Shown in pieces: positions 10,567 through 21,097 of a stretch of 56,866 bases of DNA (the stretch's first letter is position 1; the number at the start of each line of letters is the position of its first letter). A program made the position numbers and the translations under genes. This stretch comes from Perkinsus chesapeaki ATCC PRA-425 (Eukaryota; Protista; Perkinsozoa). The notes under the pieces are model-generated. The model made no database searches and was not told the origin of the DNA. It was given only the letters and a program-made list of their open reading frames with translations. The stretch lies in NCBI GenBank assembly GCA_013115145.1, contig JAAPAO010000183.1, positions 1 through 56,866 on the forward strand, written 5' to 3'.

Positions 10567-12699
10567 ACGAAGGGTGAATGCAACTATGCTCCAATTCGCT
10601 ACTTCGTGCAAGGTTACCGGATCGAGCATCCGAAGTTTTCAAGCTTCGAACGCCGAGTTTTCAATGCCAAAAGTTCAAAATTTGATCACTTCTGTTGCAG
10701 ACGTACAATCAAAGTACCCATGGGACAAAGACCCCACTGGGGAGGCCTCCACATTCACACGGGGCTGGCGTCAATGGCTGGGTGAAATTCGTATCAACTA
10801 AATTGTGTCTGCTGAACCGAATTTGACGCGTGCAACTTGATGCCTGAAAGCTAAGCGCATGCGTGCATTAGAAAGCGCACGGCCGCAGACTGGAAGAGGA
10901 CAACGGTCGAACTCACGGTAGGCTCTGTGGTTGACCTATCAGCGTATGAAGTTCATATTATAAACCAAGAGGTCTAGCTTGCTAGTCTGCTTATCCCAGC
11001 TTGCAGCATGCATCCTGAACAGCGGACAGAGTTGTGTGAGAGCAGAAAATCGAGAGAGGGGAGCATGAATTGTGTCACACTACTTACTGGCAAGCGCACG
11101 CCACGGACTTCATCACCTATCCGGGTAACGGCACCGATCCAATAATTAATGATCAGTGTGGAGTTAGCATGGGTCACCCGCCCATTAAGATGAATGATTC
11201 ATCATGAATCGATAGCGTCTCTTATGGATAAGACGTCAAACGAAAGCAAAACAAGTATAGCTACCCCTGATAAGAAAGACACCCGATGAAGGCTGTGGTC
11301 AGCCGTCGCTCATCAGTGATTCAGCAGGTTGTGCGCAAAATATGGTGGCAGTCTGCCACTGGCAGAGGAGGAGGCTCATGGATTCCCCGTTGCTATCATC
11401 GTGGTGAGTACGCGGGCAGAGCCTACCGGGAACCGTCACAGTAGTCCTGTGGCCGATTCAGCCTGTTCAAATCGGGGTTGCTCATACGGGGACTACCAAT
11501 CGGCCCAATTGAAATTCCTCACTTAGACTTCGATACTGATATTTTCCGTGGGACAGTACCACTGTCACAGTATGGTATGAAGAGCTGCAGGAGACTCAGT
11601 TTTCGTTTTCAGCTTCTGTGCTATGGAGAAGCCTCGACATTCTGCGGAGGCCTCTCGTTCCCATTATGCTGATCATTATACAAGGTCCATACCACTAACC
11701 ATGCATGCTCTCAAAGCCCATTTCTGGAGGCTGTAGATCTTAGTTGTGCCTAGCTCAGACCACATGCCCACACGAGGTATCTCATGGTGTGCGATAATGC
11801 GCATCACGATAGTGTTGGAAAACTCCGCTGTAGAACTCCGTGTTATCATGAACGGCGAAAGAGACATTTCTGGAAGATCCGGAGTGAATAATTGATTTTC
11901 GGTATCTGATAAACCAGACGCCAACAGAGGAGAATTCACTAGCAATACGCATGTCAAAGCTATCAAGCTGTCAAAGCATGTCAAAGATTCTTAAGCCAAA
12001 AGATTCTCAAAAACCCAACAGCACGATCTCGAGAGAGCCCTGGAAATAGCTTGCAAACGGACCGTGCACCGTCATTCCTGTAACGTGGTTTGTGATTCAG
12101 TGTGTACGACTTATATCGTGCAAGACCTATATGCCAAAGTTGATTCGTGTGGTCGAGTGATTACGAATCAGAACCATGAAGATTGTATCGACGAACCATG
12201 CTTTGCTCTAGAGCAAAGATACTTTCAATTTGTTAGACCTGAGTTTCTTTTGATAAAAGGAACTGATTCGCTACTAGCGGTTCATTGCGGTACTTGTGTT
12301 CTCTATCGACCAGAATATTGTCCATAGGATGACAACACAACTCAAATATTAAGTCTCAATACCACTGAGTAAACCATAATGATAAGAGTTCATCCATTTT
12401 GGAGGTGCAATGATGTAAGACGAGATTTTGTTGTAGGTGAGTAGTAGAAATGTCTACTCTGAGAGCTAGAGTAGTGCTCTCGTGCTCTTTCAAGACAGAA
12501 AAATTTCCTAGTTTTCCGAGAAAACTAGTGGCAAAAAAGCGACAACGAAGCCGCATGAATATCGATACAGAACAAGGTGGGCAAATCATCTGGAGCCTTT
12601 TACGGACGATTCGCCTCAATCGGGAGCTATAGTTATCCCACACTCTATGAGGTAGAGTTCATATTGCGAACTTCGCAGGTTAGAGTTCAAATAGATTTT

Positions 12700-13560
12700 T
12701 TAACGCTTGAACAGGTGGTCCAAAAGCCAAGTAAGGCGTACGACGCTCTTTGCCAACTGTTCTTTGGCCACCTCGATCCGGTTGTTATAATACCCAATTG
12801 GTAAGACATCGTTATTCTTCACAGCTGAACCGTCAACATGTTTATAACCGTAATCACAAGCAGCTCTGACAGTTTCATCAGCCCACTTAACGATACACGT
12901 ATCAAGTCCATACTTCTCACAGTCCTGGGTCCACAATCTAACATGATTGGCATACCTTTCATGGAGTACCTTACTGACAGCTCGCTCCGTAACCTTCCAG
13001 TGAGGCTGACCAGGAAGTGGAGGGCCTCGTCTCTGAAGCTCATAGAGTAGAGATGAGTCCCAAGTGGAATGGAGGTTAGTAGGCTGACGGGTGGCGAAAC
13101 CGAGACGGACACCGATTGTGTTTCCACCACGGTCATTAGGTTTACCAGCATGCATCGGTTGATGAGCATCCCCCACAAAATGGACGATAAACTTGAGTGC
13201 CTCTTGGCGTTGCCGCAAAGGCAAACGCGCATCGGCGACCTGTCTCGAGTAGTTCTTCAGCGCACCGACAAAGCAGAAGTCGCGATAACAATCACGGGCA
13301 TGAATGTATCGGCAATCAGGTGTAGTTACAAAATGGAGGCGCGAAGACCATCTCCACGCGATGTTGCTCATAATCTGATCAGCCCAACTGGCATAGCTTG
13401 TCATCGGCACACCTCTACCCATAATACCATCGATAGCACCTCGAGTTCTACCGTGTATACGATCTTGACTGAGTTGTGCTATAACAGCGTGGCCATCACC
13501 TCCCCATGCAAAAATAGCTGGGAGCAGGGTGGCAGCAAGAGACAGAAGACGAAGTTTCAT
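12700..13560 (-). CDS. S1/P1 nuclease paralog G, secreted, catalytic domain only, Arg-rich
   Basis: WGGDGH, WAD, LHF, HFVGDAHQPMH, LHSTWD; ends right after the last helix (LLDHLFKR). Confidence 0.95.
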   Translation of the reverse strand: MKLRLLSLAATLLPAIFAWGGDGHAVIAQLSQDRIHGRTRGAIDGIMGRGVPMTSYASWADQIMSNIAWRWSSRLHFVTTPDCRYIHARDCYRDFCFVGALKNYSRQVADARLPLRQRQEALKFIVHFVGDAHQPMHAGKPNDRGGNTIGVRLGFATRQPTNLHSTWDSSLLYELQRRGPPLPGQPHWKVTERAVSKVLHERYANHVRLWTQDCEKYGLDTCIVKWADETVRAACDYGYKHVDGSAVKNNDVLPIGYYNNRIEVAKEQLAKSVVRLTWLLDHLFKR

Positions 13561-13702
13561 AGGGAATCAAGACGCAATCCACTGACCAAGCACTGGAGAA
13601 CAAGTGACTCGAGCATCTCGCGATTTGGACTCTTAAGCTTAGCAGGCATTATCAGCCGGCTGAGAGCATACGGGCGCTACGCGGCGCACGGCTGCACGCT
13701 GT

Positions 13703-13889
13703 TGTTGAAGGTATTGAAGGTTTTAGCTAAGTGACTTGATATCTTGCTTTCTCACTAATCTTTACTAGACCATAGCTGACATAGCAGAATATCTAAATCT
13801 CATTATTATTCTGTATACACCTCTCGTCAGCAGCTGTATTAGAATCTTGCGTTCTACCAGTTACAGAAGAATTACCCTTGCTTACAACA
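13703..13889 (+). repeat. 5' LTR (187 bp)
   Basis: TGTTGAAGG...CTTACAACA, identical base for base to 19135-19321. Confidence 0.97.
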
Positions 13890-13923
13890 ATCATCCGAGA
13901 ACGTTAACTTCAACCACATTCTG

Positions 13924-16900
13924 ATGGCCCCTAGAAGAAAATCGATCAATTCGCCGACCCCCCCTGCAAGGACTAGTGGTGCCCCCACCAATACCCCTTG
14001 TGGCCCCCCAGTTGCCGAAGCTACTATTGCTCAGCTGCTCGAGAAGATGGAAGCCTTGACCGTCAGAGTAGAGGCCTTGAGTGCCGCCCCCTCTCCTCAA
14101 GGAAACCTTCCCAGCCCGCCTCTATTTGGCAACACCCCTTACAATCCCCCCTGTCCAGAGCCCCATCCTCGAGACCCTCTAGCAGAAGCCCGAACTAAGT
14201 GTCGTCAAATTATACAAGAGGCCCGAAAAGAAGCCCGTCAGGAACTTCAAACGAATGACTTCCCGAAGTTCACAGGTGGCACTGAAGACCTAGAAGTTCA
14301 GGCAGCGGGAGCAGCCCTAATCTCGGCACTGGGGACCGGTCACTTAATTAAAATGAAGAGATCCAAACCTTCCTCTACCATACGAGCCCATCTTAGCAGC
14401 TTCGATCGCCTTTTGACTACTAGCGCTATCTCACCGGGTTCGGTATGTTCTTATTTTTTGCTCTTATACTCTCTCTCTGAGGAGGTGAAGAACCGTATCT
14501 CTTCAGCCACCGACTTTTCCCTCTCAGAGTTCACTAATGTGCCAGCTCTTTTCCAACGCTTCGAGCTCCTGTACAACGACTTGCGGTCCGCCTTACTCAA
14601 AACCTATCAAGATGTGAGTGAGGCGGCTAGACTCCGCCAAGAGTGGCACGAACTCCAACATAAGGATGGCTCTTCTTATTTGGCTTTCCTCTCCGATATC
14701 GACAAGTTCCAGGTTGAGCTGAGACTCCAAGGCGACGTTCTCACAGATGCGGCCGTTTATGATAAGCTGGTCAACTGTTCGTCAGCCCCCTACAACGACT
14801 GGGCCCTACAATACTTGCTTGAAAGTACCCCATTATCTACGGCGAGATCCCAGTTAGAGTCTCGAGCCAAGCTAAGGAGCCTCAGCCTGAAAACCCCTGC
14901 CACGGTATCTACGCCCCCTACAAGTAGTAACACTACTACTACATCTGATGCAGTATCCTATCAAAATCTGTCTACTATTCAAGATAGTCGCCCCAAGTAC
15001 CCCAGGATGAAAGACTTACCCCCCAGTGTCTGCAAAAGGTGTTTTGCTGCTGGGCATAAAGCTCAGGCATGCATGGAGACTCTTCCCAAGTGGATTGAGG
15101 CGAGGTGCCTGGCCTGCGGGCACTTTGGTCATAGTGTCAGTGACTGTAGAATGGCAAAGGACCGGAAGCTAAGGTGCGATAGATGTGGTTTGTCAGGCCA
15201 TCTTTGCTTTGCTTGCCGCAAACCCCCGAAGACCCTGCCTACCTCACCAGCACAAAATTCTGGTGACCCTCAACCTAACCAAGACAAAGCACCTCCGGCC
15301 CCAGTTGATAGTATAAGTGGCTGCGAACCGCTGCTGGACGCGACTCCAAATGCTTCCTGGGTGGCTTCCATTCAGTGTGAACAGCTCAATGAGATTCTTG
15401 CTGATGATTATCACTCTTCACCGCTGCGTGCCTCGGTGGAACTAGTCTCTGTCTCGGAATCATCATGCATAGAATCCTCATCAAGAGTGGTAGTGGCTAT
15501 GTTGGATACTGGCGCTGGGCGAAATTTCATAAACCAAAGGTTGAGATCTAGTCTCCCAGCCAGCTATATTAAATCGACTGCTTCGGTCTCAGCCAAAGCC
15601 ATTCTTGCGGACGGCTCCACTTTTCGATGTTGTGAAGCCGTACTTCTGACCGTTAGAGTACCCCACAAGACGGTGGAAGTCTGGTGTTTGGTAGCCCCTG
15701 CGTCCTTAACAGTAGACTTGATCTTGGGCATGTCTGCGTTGAGGGCTCTATCCTTGTTACTGCACCTAAGCTCAGAGGGTGTGGTTCTCCACGCTGCTGT
15801 TGAGCGACAGGCAGCCCTAGAAGTATCTAGTCCTGATCGATCGGTCTCTAGTGAGACACCCCAGAATCTTGATTTCCTGCATATACTAGCTGATATTGTA
15901 AATGTACCAGAAGCCTTGAATAGTCCTATATCTGATTCTATTAATATGGACTCTTTCCTTTCGGGACTTGAGTCGCCTACTTTGAGTAATGATGTAAGTG
16001 ATGCTGTTTCCGAAGAGCCCCTACCTACGGGCTATAATGAAACTTGTTTTCGAGGTTTTGTCTTAGAGCCTACGACAAGCCCAACCGGTAAGAAGGGTGT
16101 GGTGAAGCGCTTCCAGTACGGTGTACCTTGGCTTAGCTCGAGGAGACTGCCGAAGCCTACAGCCGAAGACATTTGCAGCTTCATTTCGAGACACCAAGCG
16201 TCATCCAACAAGCTGAAACAAGAAGGCACGTTTGATGATTATGCCAAAGTGTTTCAACGTTACATCGATATGGGTGTCTTAGTGAAGGTTGATAAATCAG
16301 AATGGCCACGTGTCACTGGGCTGATTTCTCACTTTGCCGTTCTCAGCCCCTCGAAGTCTACACCTGTGAGACCTGTACTGAATGGCGTGATCTTCCGAGG
16401 CCTTATCGGCTCAGGCCTTGGTAGGACCAAGCCTTCAGATGCGATTTTGAGAGGCACTTTGCCTCACCTGTTCGCCTTTCGTTCACAACCTTCTGTTGCT
16501 ATCGTTGACTTGGAATGTGCTTACTATCAGCTCAGAAACTCAACAGATCCTGATGTAGCTTTTCTTTTCTGTTTGGCCTGGCGCGATAATTTATTCCGCC
16601 TTATTTCCCCTCCTATGGGGAGCCCTCACAGCGCTGCAGCCTTGCAGCATGCTGTGTCTTATATGTGTAAAGAAGCTCAGACCACTTTCGATGCCAAATA
16701 TAAAAGTAAGGCTACTGTTGTTTATTCTGGCTATATGGATGATCTTATTATATGCTGCTCTGAGCCTTCTCTTCTGGCGGAGGCGGTCGACATACTCTTG
16801 TCTACTTGTCGCAAATATGGGTTTCACTGCCAGCCTAAGAAGTGTCGTATCGGAATCCCATCTGAGCTTTCTTGTAAGGTACTCGGTATGCTGTGGACTC

Positions 16901-19140
16901 CGGACGATACACTCTCCGACAATGATGGCCCAGACTTGCTCCCCATGTGTGTCCTCGCCTTCTCCAAGGATAAAGTTATCTACACTCGGCGTGATGTTAT
17001 GAGCGCAATAGCCCAATGTTATGATCCTTTGGGATTTCGGAGCAACTTGTTGCTCCGAATGAGGTACATCTTGAGGCAAGAGCTAGAGAGAGACTCCTGT
17101 ACAGATCTAGATGCCTTCGTTAGCATCGACACCTACAAAGCTCTTCAAACGACCCTAGCCGAATTCAAGCTGGCTCCTGCTGTGGACCGTGTCCTGAAAT
17201 TAGGTCCCGGCGCAGTCTTACTACTCTTTGCTGATGCCTCTTGTTATGGCACTGCAGCTGTAATATGTGATTCTGAGTTTAATGTTGTCCGGTGTAGCGC
17301 CCACTTAATTCAGGCTGTCAAACAGTCTTGGTCTATAGTTCGTAAAGAGCTCCTGTCGTGCCTGGAAGCGGCGCTCTTGTTCGCCGAATCCATGCGCGCG
17401 ATTCAGTCTGTGACGTCATGTGCGCCTACCCCGGAACTTTATACAGATAATGAAGCCAACTATTACCGGTTATCTCGAGCCTTCTCCTTTGCGGAGGACT
17501 CCCCAGACTATGAGGCCTTTAGCGCCCGCTGGAAATCTATGGCGCTACCATCTTGGGAGCGCAAGACTCTGTTCAAGATAGCTACCCTACTGGTACCCTA
17601 TGGTGGTCGTGTGTATCATTTGTCAGGCAAGAGGAACCCTAGTGATGCCTACTCAAGAGGCTTACCAGTAACCCTTCTCCCCAGTGACGATCCGTCGTTG
17701 AAGGAAGCGGTGCGTCAAGCTCGCCTCCGTGCGGACCGGAAACTGAAATTAAGTAATGATGAATCATATTCTTTGATATCTGTTATATGTGACGATGGTT
17801 ATGGTACTATTGGTTCTCTGAAAGATTATGTCAAGGTCAAGCAGGAGGAGGATCCAGATTTCAGAAGACTTCTCAATCCTTCCCCTAATTCGAAGCCCGA
17901 CGCGAGGATAGTTCGGAAGTACTCCGTGGTCTCGGATAGCGCCGGTGCTTATGTCATCAATTCTGTTACTCGTGGCCTGGCTGTACCACGGGAGTTGAGA
18001 CGTGAAGTCTGTGATAAGTTACATTTGTTCTTTGTCCATCTTGGTGCCTACAAAATCTATAAAAGCGTGCAGTCCGAGTTCGATGCGGGCCCTCTATCGG
18101 AGTACTTGAGAGCCCAGCAACGTTGTCCTATCTGTATCGGCCAGCGCAATACTCGGACTGTTCGTCACACTTTGGGTTCTAGGATTACCAGGGCCTCGCA
18201 GCCTTGGGAGCTCCTAGGAATTGATCTCTTAGGTCCTTACAAACAAGAAGGATTCCGAGACGCCTTTCATGACTCTCTTATGTGTTTGCTGGTGGTCGAC
18301 GCTGTGACAGGTTTCATCGCCTATGCCTTGGTTCCCAACAACGCCCCCACTTCCTTGACTATTGCAGCTCTTGAGAGCATCTTCCTGACACATGGTTATC
18401 CTTTGGGCATGTTATCAGACGCCGATGCTCGCTTCACTAGTACAGAAGCGACTACTTGGAGTAAAGCCCTTGGTATACGGTGGTCTAGGAGTCCTGGCCA
18501 TTCGAGCCGTCTTAATGGCTGGCATGAGTCTCGTCATAGATTGGTTAACTTTATGTTGAGATGTTTACTACAACAGCACGAGAACAAGGTTAGCTGGTCT
18601 TCACTTATGCCTAGAGTATGCTTTATTGTCAACAACATTGTCCGGTCTTCGTTATCCTCTTCTACCTTTAGCAGTGACCTCCATTATGTTCATGGCCGCT
18701 GTTTGCCTCCATCGGTATCACCTAACCGCACCTTGTCTAAGGAAGCTACTGAGAGTTTGGACTGTCATATCCCTTTGAGGATGCCTGACCGGGCGGATGC
18801 CGAAAGAATGTTATATGACGTTGCTTGTCGTATATCTGCTGATTGCAAATGGACTCAAGTGAGTGCTGAGAATGATGATGCTACTTTACGCTCGCGCTCT
18901 ACTTTTGCTGATGTATCTATAGCTCGATCTGACTTTTCTTCTATTTCGGTCGGTTCTAAGGTTCTTCGTTACAACTTCGGTCGTAACAAGTTAGGTTGTA
19001 AGTGGCTTACCGACACTGTTTACATTGTCCGTGCTATTAAAGGACAGGTTGCTGTTATCTCTCCTGTCAACTCTCCGTCGCTCTTGTATGAGTATATTGG
19101 TAATTTGAAGATTATCCCTTCCGCGGCGGGGGAGTGTTGA
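13924..19140 (+). CDS. Gag-Pol polyprotein
   Basis: Three CX2CX4HX4C knuckles, protease LDTGAG, RT YMDD, RNase H (ADAS, KELL, YTDN, NPSD), integrase H-X4-H...CPIC plus IDLLGP / SDAD / HES with D(35)E spacing. Confidence 0.97.
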   Translation: MAPRRKSINSPTPPARTSGAPTNTPCGPPVAEATIAQLLEKMEALTVRVEALSAAPSPQGNLPSPPLFGNTPYNPPCPEPHPRDPLAEARTKCRQIIQEARKEARQELQTNDFPKFTGGTEDLEVQAAGAALISALGTGHLIKMKRSKPSSTIRAHLSSFDRLLTTSAISPGSVCSYFLLLYSLSEEVKNRISSATDFSLSEFTNVPALFQRFELLYNDLRSALLKTYQDVSEAARLRQEWHELQHKDGSSYLAFLSDIDKFQVELRLQGDVLTDAAVYDKLVNCSSAPYNDWALQYLLESTPLSTARSQLESRAKLRSLSLKTPATVSTPPTSSNTTTTSDAVSYQNLSTIQDSRPKYPRMKDLPPSVCKRCFAAGHKAQACMETLPKWIEARCLACGHFGHSVSDCRMAKDRKLRCDRCGLSGHLCFACRKPPKTLPTSPAQNSGDPQPNQDKAPPAPVDSISGCEPLLDATPNASWVASIQCEQLNEILADDYHSSPLRASVELVSVSESSCIESSSRVVVAMLDTGAGRNFINQRLRSSLPASYIKSTASVSAKAILADGSTFRCCEAVLLTVRVPHKTVEVWCLVAPASLTVDLILGMSALRALSLLLHLSSEGVVLHAAVERQAALEVSSPDRSVSSETPQNLDFLHILADIVNVPEALNSPISDSINMDSFLSGLESPTLSNDVSDAVSEEPLPTGYNETCFRGFVLEPTTSPTGKKGVVKRFQYGVPWLSSRRLPKPTAEDICSFISRHQASSNKLKQEGTFDDYAKVFQRYIDMGVLVKVDKSEWPRVTGLISHFAVLSPSKSTPVRPVLNGVIFRGLIGSGLGRTKPSDAILRGTLPHLFAFRSQPSVAIVDLECAYYQLRNSTDPDVAFLFCLAWRDNLFRLISPPMGSPHSAAALQHAVSYMCKEAQTTFDAKYKSKATVVYSGYMDDLIICCSEPSLLAEAVDILLSTCRKYGFHCQPKKCRIGIPSELSCKVLGMLWTPDDTLSDNDGPDLLPMCVLAFSKDKVIYTRRDVMSAIAQCYDPLGFRSNLLLRMRYILRQELERDSCTDLDAFVSIDTYKALQTTLAEFKLAPAVDRVLKLGPGAVLLLFADASCYGTAAVICDSEFNVVRCSAHLIQAVKQSWSIVRKELLSCLEAALLFAESMRAIQSVTSCAPTPELYTDNEANYYRLSRAFSFAEDSPDYEAFSARWKSMALPSWERKTLFKIATLLVPYGGRVYHLSGKRNPSDAYSRGLPVTLLPSDDPSLKEAVRQARLRADRKLKLSNDESYSLISVICDDGYGTIGSLKDYVKVKQEEDPDFRRLLNPSPNSKPDARIVRKYSVVSDSAGAYVINSVTRGLAVPRELRREVCDKLHLFFVHLGAYKIYKSVQSEFDAGPLSEYLRAQQRCPICIGQRNTRTVRHTLGSRITRASQPWELLGIDLLGPYKQEGFRDAFHDSLMCLLVVDAVTGFIAYALVPNNAPTSLTIAALESIFLTHGYPLGMLSDADARFTSTEATTWSKALGIRWSRSPGHSSRLNGWHESRHRLVNFMLRCLLQQHENKVSWSSLMPRVCFIVNNIVRSSLSSSTFSSDLHYVHGRCLPPSVSPNRTLSKEATESLDCHIPLRMPDRADAERMLYDVACRISADCKWTQVSAENDDATLRSRSTFADVSIARSDFSSISVGSKVLRYNFGRNKLGCKWLTDTVYIVRAIKGQVAVISPVNSPSLLYEYIGNLKIIPSAAGEC
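19125..19134 (+). other. Polypurine tract (plus-strand primer)
   Basis: GGCGGGGGAG immediately upstream of the TG that starts the 3' LTR. Confidence 0.8.
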
Positions 19141-19321
19141 AGGTATTGAAGGTTTTAGCTAAGTGACTTGATATCTTGCTTTCTCACTAATCTTTACTAG
19201 ACCATAGCTGACATAGCAGAATATCTAAATCTCATTATTATTCTGTATACACCTCTCGTCAGCAGCTGTATTAGAATCTTGCGTTCTACCAGTTACAGAA
19301 GAATTACCCTTGCTTACAACA
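19135..19321 (+). repeat. 3' LTR (187 bp)
   Basis: Identical to the 5' LTR; followed by the TSD CTGT. Confidence 0.97.
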
Positions 19322-19499
19322 CTGTGCAAAGTTGCGGCCTGTGGTCGGAGGCACAAAATGGTTTATGGCTGGTCAACGCCCCGGCGCATCTGATATCTTT
19401 CACAATTGTTAATACCAGCAATCCAGTTGCCCGGTCATCCGACCCATGTGCGTAACGTAGCGACCTTACATCGTAGATATTCGCACTGTACGGCTTCTG

Positions 19500-21000
19500 A
19501 TATCGAACTTTGTTCGGCTCCGACTTGGTTAGCTACGTGCCTGCGTCGCAGGGGCCGGTAGAGAGTATAGAATAGTATAGTCGTCAGACGTAGCCTGTAC
19601 CAACTACGATTGGTTGCCTCGACACCACACTAGCACCCCATGAGCCTTTGCAGCATACTTGTGTTTGTATCTCTAGTAGACTGGGAAGTTACCAGTCAGT
19701 GGCAAATGGCACGAGCGCGTCGTAGCATGTATAGCTGCGTACAGCTAGGCGATAGTAACTATTACGACCAACAACCGGGTACTACCTGGCAGGTGGTAGT
19801 ACCACTTCTCACAGAGGCCGGGAAATGTATACGTGACTCGTGGTTCATGAGAGATATGCCCCAAACCCCCTCTTTGAAAGCGGCCCTTCCGACGGCACTT
19901 ACGCACATTGCGCGACGCCCATATATCTGAGTGCTAAAGCGCTCGGGCTGCACGTAGGAACAATTATGCTCTCACACGTTCTTAAGAGATGTTCCAACGA
20001 TTCTCACTTACGATCACCATGCAACCTAAAGATTCTGAGTTGGTCGGTCTCGGGCGACCTGTGGGGGCTGCTGACTGGAGCAGATATCTCTTACGATTTG
20101 CCGGCATTCGACGACGAGCAGCGGAATAAGATGGTGATCTAGTCTCTTGGGGAATACAAGCTCAGGCGCGCTGATACAATAGGGGGGACCTCGAATGAGG
20201 CTCTCATTATGAGAGTCAGCTTGCGCAAGAGGGGGTAGTGATGACAAAGACCACAACAAGGGCAGATAATAACAACCCGCGCAACCCCCTTAGCTATAGA
20301 TGATTCTAGCACGCATGTACGTCGACTGCATACAGTCCAACAACAGGTTCTGTGATACCGCTCAGTCTGGGCACTTGACTCTGGGATAAGATCTTGAGTT
20401 TTCATAATTTGGATGCCTCGTAAGAGGCCCTATTTGGGTAGCTAGGGATTGATCTGAACTGGTCTCTGTGTTACACTGTGTAACAGTCTGTGTAACTTAC
20501 ACAGAGTGTGTAAGCTTCTCTGGTGTGACGCTTTTCCTTTCTCAATTTCCTGTGGTACACAATCCATGGATGTGCCACTTGACGGGATGCTAGTGAACCG
20601 GAAGAAGTTACTCGGGGATGGCAAATGGAATCCGAGGTATCGAGCACAAAGTACGCCGGGAATGTGCTGTCCCGTGTGTGTCAGAGGTTGATAAGCACTG
20701 GGAATTCTCGGTGAGTAATAACACAACAATTGATCTCAAATCGTCAATGCGATTGTTTTCGCAGTCAAAGGAGCAGAAGCTGCAGGAGACAACAGCGACT
20801 CGCGTTCGCCACAGAGAACAGGTCAAATGTGAACAAGAAAGTAGCAGGAGTAAACATCAGGGCAAAGCCCTCGAACAGGTACTGCTCACTTCCCCTGAAA
20901 GCCCCATCTATGTTAGTAGGTCTCCTCGGATGAGCTTTGCCATTCTGGGCACCACCATTGGTCTGGGTTCGGGTTGTCCCTAAGAACAAGCCGTGTGCCC
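19500..21000. other. Unresolved coding-like region (several short ORFs on both strands)
   Basis: Plausible exon-like frames on + (19640-20142) and - (20026-20989); no recognisable family, strand undetermined. Confidence 0.2.
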
Positions 21001-21097
21001 GGAAGGGGGTATCAGACTACTTACCAATAATAGCGACTCTTATCAGAATAGTCTTTGTAATTACCAATGGGATAGATGCTCGACGGCTTCATTTGTT

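Larger units (their letters stand above)
13703..19321 (+). mobile_element. Full-length LTR retrotransposon (gag-PR-RT-RNaseH-IN order)
   Basis: Two identical 187-bp LTRs with TGTTG...CAACA termini; 4-bp TSD CTGT at 13699-13702 and 19322-19325; single 1738-aa ORF; polypurine tract before the 3' LTR. Confidence 0.97.
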
